DNA of 64,000 bases from an uncultured delta proteobacterium (GTDB lineage: Bacteria; Desulfobacterota; Binatia; Binatales; Binataceae): NCBI GenBank assembly GCA_963808235.1, contig CAWEEQ010000004.1:32001-96000 (forward strand), given 5' to 3'. A model generated the notes under the pieces. The model did no database searches. It was not told the DNA's origin and saw only the letters and a list, made by a program, of their open reading frames with translations. How positions within the stretch are numbered: the first letter of the stretch is position 1; each line of letters begins with the position of its first letter. A program made the translations under genes and the position numbers. Below are positions 9,106 to 19,194 of the stretch, in pieces.

Positions 9106-11574
9106 ATGGCTGCCCAACCGAAACCAATACCGATAAATCAGCCGAGCTACCTCGAAGGTGGCGGAGTTTTGGGATGGCTCACGACCATCGATCACAAGCG
9201 CGTCGCCGTGATGTATGGCGTGACCGCGCTGGTATTCATGGCCGCCGGCGGAATCGAGGCGATGGCGATTCGCGTGCAGTTGTGGAGTCCCGACAATCAC
9301 GCGTTGTCCGCGGCAACCTACAACGCATTCTTCACGATGCACGGGACGACCATGATTTTCCTGGTCGTGATGCCCTTGCTGCTCGGTTTCCTCGGCAACT
9401 TTCTGATTCCGCTGCAGATCGGCGCGCGCGACGTCGCCTTTCCCCGTCTCAATGCGGCGAGCTTCTGGATGGCTCTGACAGCCGGCGTCCTGCTCCACCT
9501 CGGCGTGATTCGCGGCGGACTCCCCGATGCGGGGTGGTTCGGCTACGCGAATCTCACCGAGCGCTACTTCTCGCCCGGACTCGGACTCGACTGGTGGGTC
9601 GTCGGACTCCTGGTCTCGGGAACTTCGACGGTTCTGACCGGCCTCAACTTCCTGACCACCATCATCGCGATGCGCGCGCCCGGCATGACCTACATGCGGA
9701 TGCCGATGTTCATCTGGTCGCTTATGGTGACCTCGGTGCTGATCCTGATCGCGTTTCCCCCTCTGACGATCGGACTAGTCTTCCTGCTCTTCGATCGATT
9801 TTTCGACACTCACTTTTACGTCGCGTCGGCCGGCGCAACTCCGATCCTCTGGCAGCACCTTTTCTGGCTGTTCGGACATCCTGAAGTTTACATCATGGCG
9901 CTGCCGGGATTCGGAATCATTTCCGAAGTTTTGCCGACCCATGCGCGCAAGCCGCTGTTCGGATATCCGATGATGGCTTACTCGATGGTCCTGATCGCGT
10001 TCCTGTCGTATGGCGTATGGGGCCATCACATGTTCGCGACCGGCATGGGTCCGGTGGCGGACTCGGCGTTCGCGATCACCTCGATGCTGATCGCGATACC
10101 GACCGGAATCAAAATTTTCAGCTGGATTGCGACCGTCTGGGGCGGTTCGCTCCGCATGACCACCGCATTCTATTTCGCGCTCGGCATGTTGCTCGAGTTC
10201 ACAATCGGCGGACTGAGCGGAATCATGCATGCGGCCGCGCCGGTCGATTTGCAGCAGACCGATTCATACTTCGTGGTCGCGCATTTCCACTACGTGCTGT
10301 TCGGCGGCGTGATGTTCGCGATTCTGGCCGCCTTCTACTACTGGTGGCCGAAAATTACCGGCCGCATGCTCGGCGAGACGCTCGGCAAGTGGCAATTCTG
10401 GCTGACCGTGATTGGCTTCAACACGACATTTTTTCCAATGCATTTTCTCGGGATGTGGGGGATGCCGCGGCGCACTTACACTTACGCCGCCGACATGGGC
10501 TGGACCCATCTGAATCAGCTCGAGACGGTCGGCGCGTTCATCCTCGGAATCGCGTTCCTGCTCTTCTACATAAATATTTTCAAAAGCCTCGCAAGCGGCG
10601 ACCCCGCTCCAGGTGACCCGTGGGACGGACGCAGCCTCGAGTGGTCGACGGCGTCGCCGCCGCCCGCCTACAACTTCGCCACGATTCCGCAAATTCGCGG
10701 CCGCGACGCGTGGTGGATTCTAAAGTACGGCCGCGCCGGTTCGCGCGGCGTCGCCGCGTACATGTCGGGGAAGGCGCCGGCGAATCCACAAGGCGATCAA
10801 CCGGTTGCGCACATACACATGCCGGCGCCCTCGATTTTTCCGCTGATGCTGAGCCTCGGCGTCGGCACGATGGGCCTCGGGCTCATCATCGATTGGTATC
10901 GCATCGTTCTGATCGGCGCCGCGGTCCTCGTCCTTTCCGTAATCGGAATGGGATTCGAATACCCGGACTTCGGCGAAGAGTCGCACGACCCCGAGCACGC
11001 GCCATCGGCGAGCGGAATCGACGTGCGCAAAATCGGCGTCTGGTCGTTCATCGGCTCGGAGTGCGTATTCTTCGCGAGCCTGATTTCCACCTTCATCGTT
11101 TACAAGTCGCGCAGTCTCGCCGGCCCCGGCCCCGAAATTCTCAACATCCCGCTCACCTCGTTCAGCACCTTCATCCTGCTGATGAGTTCGTTGTTGATGG
11201 TCCTCGCACTCGCCGCCACCCAGCGCGGAGACCGGCTCTGGGAGCGAATCTGGCTCGCTGGCACCGTCGCATTCGGACTGATTTTCCTGGGCGGCCAGGT
11301 TTACGAGTTCACCAGCTTCTACCGCGAGGGTATGGGCCTGACGACCAACCTGTTTTCACAGTCCTTCTTCGTGTTGGTCGGATTCCACGGCGCACACGTC
11401 GCGATCGGCGTGCTCTGGCTCTCCGTGCTGCTGGTCGCCGCGATGATGGGCAAGCTCGGCAAGTCGCGCGCGCTGTCGGTCGAGTTGGCGGGACTCTACT
11501 GGCATTTCGTTGATGTGGTTTGGATCATCATTTTTACTCTCGTCTACCTGATGCAAACGGTGAGCGGAGCATGA
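9106..11574 (+). CDS. coxA: cytochrome c oxidase subunit I fused to subunit III (A1 type)
   Basis: TTIDHK, GHPEVY, WGHH, HFHY, then subunit III motifs GFHGAHV and YWHFVDVVW in one frame. Confidence 0.92.
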   Translation: MAAQPKPIPINQPSYLEGGGVLGWLTTIDHKRVAVMYGVTALVFMAAGGIEAMAIRVQLWSPDNHALSAATYNAFFTMHGTTMIFLVVMPLLLGFLGNFLIPLQIGARDVAFPRLNAASFWMALTAGVLLHLGVIRGGLPDAGWFGYANLTERYFSPGLGLDWWVVGLLVSGTSTVLTGLNFLTTIIAMRAPGMTYMRMPMFIWSLMVTSVLILIAFPPLTIGLVFLLFDRFFDTHFYVASAGATPILWQHLFWLFGHPEVYIMALPGFGIISEVLPTHARKPLFGYPMMAYSMVLIAFLSYGVWGHHMFATGMGPVADSAFAITSMLIAIPTGIKIFSWIATVWGGSLRMTTAFYFALGMLLEFTIGGLSGIMHAAAPVDLQQTDSYFVVAHFHYVLFGGVMFAILAAFYYWWPKITGRMLGETLGKWQFWLTVIGFNTTFFPMHFLGMWGMPRRTYTYAADMGWTHLNQLETVGAFILGIAFLLFYINIFKSLASGDPAPGDPWDGRSLEWSTASPPPAYNFATIPQIRGRDAWWILKYGRAGSRGVAAYMSGKAPANPQGDQPVAHIHMPAPSIFPLMLSLGVGTMGLGLIIDWYRIVLIGAAVLVLSVIGMGFEYPDFGEESHDPEHAPSASGIDVRKIGVWSFIGSECVFFASLISTFIVYKSRSLAGPGPEILNIPLTSFSTFILLMSSLLMVLALAATQRGDRLWERIWLAGTVAFGLIFLGGQVYEFTSFYREGMGLTTNLFSQSFFVLVGFHGAHVAIGVLWLSVLLVAAMMGKLGKSRALSVELAGLYWHFVDVVWIIIFTLVYLMQTVSGA

Positions 11575-11900
11575 GCGAAGCAATCGAGACTCACGAGGGC
11601 GCGGTTCGCCATCCGGGTGCAGCGACTTACCTGATCATCGCCGCGTTCCTGGTCGTGCTGACGGCGATGGAGATCACCGTCTTCTACGTACATCCGCTGC
11701 GGCCGGTGCTGGTGCCGGTGTTGCTGGTGCTCGCGGCGGCGAAGTTCGCGCTGGTCGCGATGTTCTACATGCATCTCAAGTACGACGGATGGCTGCTGAC
11801 CGGAGTGTTCGTGTTCCCGCTGCTGGTCGCGACGGTGCTGCTGGCGGCGCTGCTGATGCTCTTCGCATACCTGTCGCATCACATGGCGCCGATCGGATAG
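11571..11900 (+). CDS. cytochrome c oxidase subunit IV
   Basis: three TM helices, KFALVAMFYMHLKYD; ATGA overlap. Confidence 0.8.
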   Translation: MSEAIETHEGAVRHPGAATYLIIAAFLVVLTAMEITVFYVHPLRPVLVPVLLVLAAAKFALVAMFYMHLKYDGWLLTGVFVFPLLVATVLLAALLMLFAYLSHHMAPIG

Positions 11901-11915
11901 GCGCACATCATCAAT

Positions 11916-12734
11916 ATGTTCATTTTCGGCGAACATCCGAGCATACCGATTGGCGTCGCGAGCTTGATCGCGATCTATCTCGGCGCGTGCTGGATGATCG
12001 GCCGCAGACCTTCGCGCCGGCAGGCGATGTGGTTCGCATTGGCGATGGCCGCGATACTCTACGCGCACACCGAACTCGACGAACTCGCCGACGCCCGCAT
12101 TTTCTCGATGCACATGCTGCAGCATCTGATCGAGACCTTCGTGATCCCGCCGCTGCTGCTGCTCGGGACGCCGGGCTGGATGCTCCGGCCCTGGGTGCTG
12201 AGTCGTCCGATCAAACCGATTGCGCGCGTGTTCACTAATCCGTTGGTCGCGTTCCTGATCTTCTCTGCGGTCTTCGTCACCGCGCACTTCCCGCCGATCT
12301 TCGAACACATGTGCCGCGACGAAAATTTCCACATCGCGCTCCACCTCCTCTTCATAACGGCGGGAGTCCTGCTCTGGTGGCCGATCTTGAGCCCGATGCC
12401 CGAATTGCCGCGGCTCTCCTATCCGGCGCAAATTCTCTACTTGTTCCTCCTCATGATCCCGATGACCGCGGTCGCGGCGCCGATCACACTCGCGACCCGC
12501 GTCATCTATCCGTGGTACACCGAGGGCCCGCACGGATGGGGCCTCGCGCCAATCGACGACCAGGTCCTCGGCGGCCTCATAATGTGGATAGGGCAGGGCA
12601 CCTACCTGATGTTCATATTCACCTTCATCTTCTACAAATGGTCACAACGCGAAGACCGCGACATCCCGGCAATATCCGAGCCGACCCCGCCCGACCTCCG
12701 CGTCCTCCGCTCGCATCGCAGCCCCAGCTCCTGA
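11916..12734 (+). CDS. ctaG: caa3-type cytochrome c oxidase assembly factor CtaG
   Basis: FSMHMLQH, PPLLLLG, DQVLGGLIMWI. Confidence 0.85.
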   Translation: MFIFGEHPSIPIGVASLIAIYLGACWMIGRRPSRRQAMWFALAMAAILYAHTELDELADARIFSMHMLQHLIETFVIPPLLLLGTPGWMLRPWVLSRPIKPIARVFTNPLVAFLIFSAVFVTAHFPPIFEHMCRDENFHIALHLLFITAGVLLWWPILSPMPELPRLSYPAQILYLFLLMIPMTAVAAPITLATRVIYPWYTEGPHGWGLAPIDDQVLGGLIMWIGQGTYLMFIFTFIFYKWSQREDRDIPAISEPTPPDLRVLRSHRSPSS

Positions 12735-12825
12735 GCGCCGCGAAGGGCCCGACTCCGCGTCCGCAAAACCGCAAAGAATTCGTGATACTTGCCGACTGTT
12801 CTTCTTATGCGTTACTACTTGATCG

Positions 12826-13860
12826 ATGGTGCACTCGCGAACCCGAATCGTCATCGACGGAGCGGTGGCGGGAATCGTAGGCGCAGTCGTTGTCGCCCTA
12901 TGGTTTCTGATCTTCGACACGATTCGCGGGCACCCGTTTGAAACTCCCGCCCTGCTCGCCGCCACGCTTCTGCATGGAACGCACAGCGGCCAGGTCCATC
13001 ACGCTCTCGGTTTGCTGACGCTCGAATACTCGCTGATTCACTTCGGCGCGTTCATCGTGTTCGGCATCGCCGGAGGCCTGCTGCTCGAGACTTGCGAGAC
13101 CGAATCGTCGCTGCTCTTCTCACTGGCGATTTTTTTCGCCGCGTTCGAAGTCTTTTTCATCGCCGTGGTCCTCTTCCTCGGACCCAACGTGATGGCCGAG
13201 CTGACCTGGTGGGGCATCATCGTCGGCAACCTGCTCGCGACGACCGCGATGCTCTCCTATTTCTTCTGGCGGCATCCCGCGCTCGCCTGGAACCTGCTCG
13301 GCGGATGGATCGCCATCGCGCGCGAGGGAGTCGCCGCGGGATTGGTCGGCGCAGGCGTGGTCGCGCTGTGGTTTATGGCTTACGATTTCGCCGCGCGCGA
13401 GCCCTTCCACACCCCGGCGATTCTCGGCGCGATGGTATTTCAAAACGCCAATGTTGCCGACGGCATCAAGGCGACTCTGCCGCTCGTGCTCGGCTACACG
13501 ATCCTTCACTTCTTCGCGTTCATGATGTTCGGACTCGCACTCGCGATTTTGCTCGCCGCCTCCGAATGGGAGCCCTTCATGGCCCTGGGAGCGATGCTGC
13601 TGCTCGCGGTCTTCGAAGTCTTCTTCGTCGGCTTCGTCTCGCTGATCGATCAGTCAGCGCTCGAAGTGCTCGGATGGTGGAAGATCATAGCGGGAAACAT
13701 CCTCGCCCTGATCGCGATGACAACTTACTTCCTGAGCCGCCATCGCGGCCTCCACATCAAGGTAGTCGAACGCTGGGCAATGCTCGACAGCGAGGGCGAA
13801 GAAATGGGCGACGTCCGCGAACTCCCCCCAACCCGCAAAGACCTGCACCTGAGCGACTAG
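12826..13860 (+). CDS. uncharacterised polytopic membrane protein with internal tandem duplication
   Basis: two homologous halves (GAVAGIVGAVVVALWF..PFETPALL vs GVAAGLVGAGVVALWF..PFHTPAIL). Confidence 0.75.
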   Translation: MVHSRTRIVIDGAVAGIVGAVVVALWFLIFDTIRGHPFETPALLAATLLHGTHSGQVHHALGLLTLEYSLIHFGAFIVFGIAGGLLLETCETESSLLFSLAIFFAAFEVFFIAVVLFLGPNVMAELTWWGIIVGNLLATTAMLSYFFWRHPALAWNLLGGWIAIAREGVAAGLVGAGVVALWFMAYDFAAREPFHTPAILGAMVFQNANVADGIKATLPLVLGYTILHFFAFMMFGLALAILLAASEWEPFMALGAMLLLAVFEVFFVGFVSLIDQSALEVLGWWKIIAGNILALIAMTTYFLSRHRGLHIKVVERWAMLDSEGEEMGDVRELPPTRKDLHLSD

Positions 13861-13896
13861 CCGCGCGCCCGCGCGCATTTCTAATCGACGATCCGT

Positions 13897-14478
13897 TCAG
13901 CGCAGGACCGTCGAGAAGATCAAATGATTGAAACGCTCGAGGGGGACCGCATTACGCTGCGTCTTCGACTGAAGGATCGCGCCCTGCAATGACGCGATCA
14001 GGAAGCCAGCGAGCTCATCGCATTCGGTCTTCCGCGGCAGCTCGCCACTCTTCACCGCGGCTTTCAAGCAATACGCGACCGCCTGGCGCATCTCTTCGAA
14101 TATTCCAACCAGCCGCTTCCTGATCACTTCGCTGTGCTCGCTCGCTTCGGCGCTGAAGTTGCCGATCAGACAGCCGTTTCGCCAACCGGTCTTATGTAAA
14201 TACTTGCTCTGTGCATCGACGAAGGCGCGCAGGCGCTTGAGCGGCGCAAGCGCGTCGTTGCGAAGAGTCCGCTCGATCATGGCGCGGACGTCTTTGAAAT
14301 AGAGATCGAGTATTTCAAGGCAGAAGGCTTCTTTCGAAGCGAAGTGATTGGTGAACGACCCATGCGGCACTCCCGCCGCCTCGACGATGTCGCGAACGCT
14401 CGCGCCTGCAAAGCCCCGCTCGTGCACGACGCGAAGACCTTCGGTCAGTATTTTTTCGCGGTTTGAAGGCTTGGGCAC
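13897..14478 (-). CDS. TetR/AcrR family regulator (NemR-like)
   Basis: N-terminal HTH (GASVRDIVEAAGVPHGSFTNHFASKE), GCLIGN motif; GTG start chosen. Confidence 0.88.
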   Translation of the reverse strand: MPKPSNREKILTEGLRVVHERGFAGASVRDIVEAAGVPHGSFTNHFASKEAFCLEILDLYFKDVRAMIERTLRNDALAPLKRLRAFVDAQSKYLHKTGWRNGCLIGNFSAEASEHSEVIRKRLVGIFEEMRQAVAYCLKAAVKSGELPRKTECDELAGFLIASLQGAILQSKTQRNAVPLERFNHLIFSTVLR

Positions 14479-14485
14479 TAGTCGC

Positions 14486-14504
14486 AATATGTACGTTCGT
14501 ATTA
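14486..14504. promoter_or_regulatory. candidate TetR operator AATATGTACGTTCGTATTA
   Basis: imperfect palindrome just upstream of tetR; 17/19 identical to 20001..20019. Confidence 0.6.
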
Positions 14505-14526
14505 AGAGCGTCAAGGAACCGAGGAT

Positions 14527-14973
14527 TCAGAGGAGCGATCGGAGCGGCTCCAGGACGAGCACGGGGATTTCACGGCCTGCACGGGCCCGGTAAGCAGGGA
14601 AATTCGGATAGGCGGCATCCGCCCGCTTCCACCACTCCTGCTTTTCTTCGCCGAAGACCTCGCGGACCCGCATCTCTCGCTTGACCGCGCCATCCTGCAA
14701 CTCGACCAGCGGATCGGCGACGATGTTGTAATACCATAAGGGGTGCGTCGGAGCGCCGGCGTTGGAGGCAACCACAGCGTAAGTTCCGTTGTGCTCGATC
14801 CTCATAAGCGGTTTCTTGCGAATCTTGCCGGACTTGGCGCCCTTGTAGGTCAGCACAATGACCGGTTTTCCTTTCAGTGTGCCTCCCTCTACGCCATTGG
14901 TCGCTTCATACAGTTCGACCTGTTCGCGGGTTCGGTCGTTCCGGCTGGGTTGGTACTCGCCATTTAAGGGCAT
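14527..14973 (-). CDS. deazaflavin (F420)-dependent nitroreductase family protein
   Basis: GAKSGKIRKKPL, VVASNAGAPTHPLWYYN, REIPVLVLE. Confidence 0.85.
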   Translation of the reverse strand: MPLNGEYQPSRNDRTREQVELYEATNGVEGGTLKGKPVIVLTYKGAKSGKIRKKPLMRIEHNGTYAVVASNAGAPTHPLWYYNIVADPLVELQDGAVKREMRVREVFGEEKQEWWKRADAAYPNFPAYRARAGREIPVLVLEPLRSLL

Positions 14974-15002
14974 GGTGAAAGCTCTCCTGTCGATTTCCGC
15001 AA

Positions 15003-15293
15003 CTAGGAAATCGGCAATTTGTTGAGCAGTGTCAGGATCTGGTCTTCGACTATCTCGCCAAAGCGCGAGGCGAGTTTCGCCACCTCCGAATCAGACAGCG
15101 CCGCTTGAATTGCTGCTTCGTTCGGCAGCTCCCAAAAATCGACGACCGTGTTCAGGCGGCCTACGACGGTGGCGTAGCTTCCCAGCAGCTTCCAACCGTG
15201 TTTGCCCACTACCGGTGTCAAGCCATTGAGTAGCGAAACAAAATCCTGCAGCCTGCCAGCCCGCAGCTTGATCGAATATTCCAGGTAAACCAT
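15003..15293 (-). CDS. NIPSNAP-like dimeric alpha-beta barrel protein
   Basis: 96 aa, GWKLLGSY..VVGRLNTVVDFW pattern. Confidence 0.6.
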   Translation of the reverse strand: MVYLEYSIKLRAGRLQDFVSLLNGLTPVVGKHGWKLLGSYATVVGRLNTVVDFWELPNEAAIQAALSDSEVAKLASRFGEIVEDQILTLLNKLPIS

Positions 15294-15340
15294 CGGAACA
15301 TCTCCTCAGTTTTCGCGTGGAAATTGACCGAGCGCGTCGA

Positions 15341-16102
15341 TCATTTGGGTAGATTGCCTGCCATCGTATCGTTGAATTGCGTCACCAAGGCATGCTCCGA
15401 AGCTCCGGGATTGTTGCGCAGCGCTTTCGCGCTTTCGACCAGCACTTCTTCGTCGTCCGTGCCGAGTGCCTTCATCGTCTCATCGATGAATTGCTTGAGA
15501 GGCATGGCCTGCGGTGCGTCGTTGCTGTTCATCAGGTCGGTCCGCACCCACGGTGGCGCGATCTCCTGCACCTGAACCGATGTGCCGCGCAGCTTAAAAC
15601 GCAGAGAAAGCGTGTAGGAATGCAGAGCCGCCTTGGTGGAAGAATAGACCGCGGTCATCGCCAGCGGCACGAACCCCAGCACCGACGACATATTGATTAC
15701 CGCCGCATAGGGCTGCCTCTTGAAGTGTTCAATCAATCCCGAGGTCATACGGATCGGCCCGAGCAGATTCGTCGTGACCGTCGAAACCAGGAGTTCTTCA
15801 TCGATGGCACCTGCAGCATCGTCAGGCAGCATGATGCCCGCATTGTTGATGAGTACGTTCGTCTTCGGAAATTCTGCGATCAGCTTTTTCGTGACAGCCG
15901 CGATGTTCGATGGATCGGTGACATCCAACTCGACCGAACGCATTCCCGGGTTAGCGTCTATCGTTGCTGCAAGATGCCCTCTGCGCCTACCGGAGATGAT
16001 GACTTGATTGTCGAGTCTGTGTAGCGCTTCAGCGAGTCCCCGTCCGATGCCCGAGCCGCCGCCTGTTATGAGTATCGTGTTTCCGCTGAGTTTCATTCTC
16101 AT
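15341..16102 (-). CDS. short-chain dehydrogenase (DltE-like)
   Basis: TGGGSGIG, NNAG, YSSTK, EIAPPWV. Confidence 0.9.
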   Translation of the reverse strand: MRMKLSGNTILITGGGSGIGRGLAEALHRLDNQVIISGRRRGHLAATIDANPGMRSVELDVTDPSNIAAVTKKLIAEFPKTNVLINNAGIMLPDDAAGAIDEELLVSTVTTNLLGPIRMTSGLIEHFKRQPYAAVINMSSVLGFVPLAMTAVYSSTKAALHSYTLSLRFKLRGTSVQVQEIAPPWVRTDLMNSNDAPQAMPLKQFIDETMKALGTDDEEVLVESAKALRNNPGASEHALVTQFNDTMAGNLPK

Positions 16103-16172
16103 GCCTCCGAGTCTAAGTGTCGTGGCTGGCTGGCCACTGCGAGGTCATTCGCTCCGTTCCTCTAAGGACTGT

Positions 16173-16577
16173 CTACGCGGGAAACGTCTTGCCGAACATC
16201 GGCAACCCGCTTTGTGACTCGTTCTTGGTCGCTTCGTCTTGCAAGACGTCCCAGTGCTCGACGAGTACGCCGTCGGCGATGCGCACGATGTCAGCCGCGA
16301 TCCAGCTGCGTGGCGATAGCCCATGGCCCGAAAATCGCCCGTGGACGATCACATATTCCTTATCAGCGAGGATCACGCTGTGTTCGTATCGCAACGATGC
16401 CGGTGCGTTTTTGATCAGATTGAAAAGCCCCTCGCGTCCCGGGGCGATGTGCGCACTGTGCTGAATATATTTGGGCGACCAAAATCGCTCGGCGGCTTTG
16501 TAGTCCCGCTTGTTGAAGAGCGTATCGAATGCTTCCAGGACAAGCGCCTTATTCTTCTCCGCATCTAAATCGCTCAT
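16173..16577 (-). CDS. SnoaL/NTF2-like protein
   Basis: NKALVLEAFDTLFN..YIQH..EHWDV; start at internal ATG. Confidence 0.8.
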   Translation of the reverse strand: MSDLDAEKNKALVLEAFDTLFNKRDYKAAERFWSPKYIQHSAHIAPGREGLFNLIKNAPASLRYEHSVILADKEYVIVHGRFSGHGLSPRSWIAADIVRIADGVLVEHWDVLQDEATKNESQSGLPMFGKTFPA

Positions 16578-16620
16578 GGTTCTTCCTCTCTTACAAATCG
16601 ACCCGCGCGGCGGCTCTCGA

Positions 16621-17358
16621 TCAGACTTGCGCTCTGCCGCCATCAACGAACAGTTCGATGCCTGTGACAAAACTCGAGTCATCCGACGCCAGAAATAGCG
16701 CAGCCTTGGCGATCTCGTCGGATTCCCCCATCCGGCCCATCGGAATGGTGGACGCAATCCGCGCAATAGCCTCCGTAGGTAGTCCATCGAGAACCGGGGT
16801 GTCGGTCGGACCGGGGCTAACGACATTTGAGCGAATGTGCCGATCCTTGAGATCCGAGGTCCAGGTCCGCGCGAAGGAACGCAGCGCGGCCTTCGTCGCG
16901 CCGTAGACACCGAAGGCCGGAGTACCTTTGACGCCTGCGGCGGAGCCCGTGAGGATGATCGAGCCACCATCCTTCAGCAGCGGCAAGGCTTTCTGCACGG
17001 TGAACAGCGCTCCCTTGACGTTGATGTCGAAGAGTTTGTCGAAATGTTCCTCAGTGATTTTGCCGAGAGGAGAAAATTCCGCGATGCCGGCATTGGCGAA
17101 GACGATGTCAAGTTTGCCTTTTGCTTTGACGGCCGCATAAAGACGATCGAGGTCGGCCAATTTGGCAACGTCTCCCTGAACGCCAGTAACGTTGCTGCCG
17201 ATCGCCTTTACGGCCGCGTCGAGCTCTTTCTGACGCCGGCCGGTGATGAAGACGTAGGCACCCTCTTCGACGAAGAGCTTCGCCGCAGCGAAGCCTATTC
17301 CTGTGCTGCCACCGGTGATGACGGCCACTTTTCCTTGCAGCTTCCTATTTTCGGTCAT
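16621..17358 (-). CDS. short-chain dehydrogenase/reductase
   Basis: [17 protein letters not shown]. Confidence 0.92.
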   Translation of the reverse strand: MTENRKLQGKVAVITGGSTGIGFAAAKLFVEEGAYVFITGRRQKELDAAVKAIGSNVTGVQGDVAKLADLDRLYAAVKAKGKLDIVFANAGIAEFSPLGKITEEHFDKLFDINVKGALFTVQKALPLLKDGGSIILTGSAAGVKGTPAFGVYGATKAALRSFARTWTSDLKDRHIRSNVVSPGPTDTPVLDGLPTEAIARIASTIPMGRMGESDEIAKAALFLASDDSSFVTGIELFVDGGRAQV

Positions 17359-17388
17359 CGGATGTAGTTCTCCTCACTCTCAATTGCC

Positions 17389-17931
17389 TCACGAGGTCGC
17401 GCCGGCGCCGAGCATCACGAAAGCGATCGTCGCCGGGCGCGCGCCCTTGTTGCGCCAGCCATGGCGCGTCGCCTGCTGGACGACAACGTCGCCCGCAACA
17501 AGATGCACCGTCGCGCCGTCGTCGAGTTCCAGCCACAACTCGCCGTCCAGCAGGATCGCGTAGTCGACAGTCTGTGTTACGTGCATTTGCGATCCGTCGT
17601 GCTCGAATGTATCCGCGAGTCCGGGCAGGCGCGCGAGAAATTCCTGGGCGACCTGCGACGCATCCGATTCTGAAGAAGCGGCGGCCGCGGGCGGGAACGT
17701 CACAATATGGAGCAGCGAGCCATTGGCGGGCGGCAGCGCCGATTTCGGCAGCTCCCGCTCGATCCTGTTGGGGTCGGACTCGAGGCTGCCATCGGTCGCC
17801 CACATATAAGTGTGCTCAAAGCCGGCGACCGTCTTGAATTTGTAAGGCTCGCGACGCTGATCGCTCAGCACCACGGATCTTCCGCCGCGATGTCCCGTGA
17901 CGACGCGGCGATGACCCTTGCCTGTGAGCAT
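17389..17931 (-). CDS. cupin domain protein
   Basis: RRVVTGH, MHVTQTVDY, GDVVVQQATRHGWRN. Confidence 0.85.
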   Translation of the reverse strand: MLTGKGHRRVVTGHRGGRSVVLSDQRREPYKFKTVAGFEHTYMWATDGSLESDPNRIERELPKSALPPANGSLLHIVTFPPAAAASSESDASQVAQEFLARLPGLADTFEHDGSQMHVTQTVDYAILLDGELWLELDDGATVHLVAGDVVVQQATRHGWRNKGARPATIAFVMLGAGATS

Positions 17932-17952
17932 ATGGTCATTCTCCCAACGCTT

Positions 17953-18699
17953 TTAGGCAGCCAGCATTCCGCCGTCCACCGCGACCGACGCACCGGTCAT
18001 ATACGAGGCGTTTGCGGATGCTACAAACACGATCACGTGAGCGATCTCCTCCGGCGTCGCGAGACGTTTGAATGGCACCGTAGAGACGAGCGCCGCCTTA
18101 TTCTCATCCGTATTGGTGAAGCGCGAGAGCATCCCGGTATCCGTAGTGCCCGGAGCCACCACGTTTACGCGCACGCCGGTCCCCGCGGTTTCCAGTGCGG
18201 CGGACTTTGTCATCCCTTCCACCGCATGCTTACTCGCCACGTAAACCGATGCTCCCGGCGCTCCTATGCTTCCGTATGCCGATGAAACATTGACGATGCT
18301 CCCACTGCCCTGCGCAAGCATCGCGCGCAACTCATGCTTCATGCTGAGCAACACGCCGAGCACATTGGTATCGAACGTGGCCGCGTAGCTCTCGGCTGTC
18401 TGCTCGGTTACGAGACCGCGCACTCCCTCAGTCGCGGCGTTGTTTACGGCAATATCCAGACGACCGAAGCGCGCGACGGTCTTGTCGACCAGCTTTTGTA
18501 CCTCTTCCTCGTGGCGCACGTCGGCATGCACGTATTCCGCGTCGGCGTTGAGGCCGCGGATCTCAGCCAGCAGTTTTTGGCCAACTTCGTCGCGCCGGCC
18601 CGCGATTACGATGCGCGCACCCTCTTTCGCGAAGAGCAGCGCAGTCGCTCGTCCAATGCCCGTCAGGGCGCCAGTGATCAAAACAACGGGGGTCTTCAT
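17953..18699 (-). CDS. short-chain dehydrogenase/reductase (paralog 1)
   Basis: TGALTGIG, NNAA, YVASK. Confidence 0.9.
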   Translation of the reverse strand: MKTPVVLITGALTGIGRATALLFAKEGARIVIAGRRDEVGQKLLAEIRGLNADAEYVHADVRHEEEVQKLVDKTVARFGRLDIAVNNAATEGVRGLVTEQTAESYAATFDTNVLGVLLSMKHELRAMLAQGSGSIVNVSSAYGSIGAPGASVYVASKHAVEGMTKSAALETAGTGVRVNVVAPGTTDTGMLSRFTNTDENKAALVSTVPFKRLATPEEIAHVIVFVASANASYMTGASVAVDGGMLAA

Positions 18700-18748
18700 A
18701 GTGAACTCCTTTGAGCGCAATTTGTGGATCAGTTGAGGCTAATGAATC

Positions 18749-19177
18749 TCAAGTTCGCGGCGGCACGTATGCGAACTCAAACTTCAGCCCGTCAGGATCG
18801 GTGAAATAAACTGCGAAGTATCCCGGCGCGTATGGATATTCCGCGGGCGCGTCGAGTACTGTCGCTCCCATTTCTTTCAAGAGCGCATACATCTTCTCAA
18901 TGTCCGATCGATCCTCGGCACTGAATGCTATGTGATTGGATCCGGGCGCATTTCGATCGTGCACGCGATGCGCAAACTCGCCCTTCGACGGCCGGATCGA
19001 TATCGAGTAACCCGGTCCGACCCACGCCACGAGGCGCGTCTTCATCGCATCCTGAGTCGATTCCGGAACTTCGACGCGTTTGAAGCCGATGAATCCGAAC
19101 ACTCGGTCGTAAAATGCTGTCGAGCGCTCCAGGTCGCTAACCGCGAGCGCAATATGACTGATATTTCCGCGAGCCAT
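18749..19177 (-). CDS. VOC/glyoxalase family protein
   Basis: HIALAVSDLERS..FY, HIAF, YFTDPDGLKFE. Confidence 0.88.
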   Translation of the reverse strand: MARGNISHIALAVSDLERSTAFYDRVFGFIGFKRVEVPESTQDAMKTRLVAWVGPGYSISIRPSKGEFAHRVHDRNAPGSNHIAFSAEDRSDIEKMYALLKEMGATVLDAPAEYPYAPGYFAVYFTDPDGLKFEFAYVPPRT

Positions 19178-19194
19178 GGCTGTATCCTCCTGAA

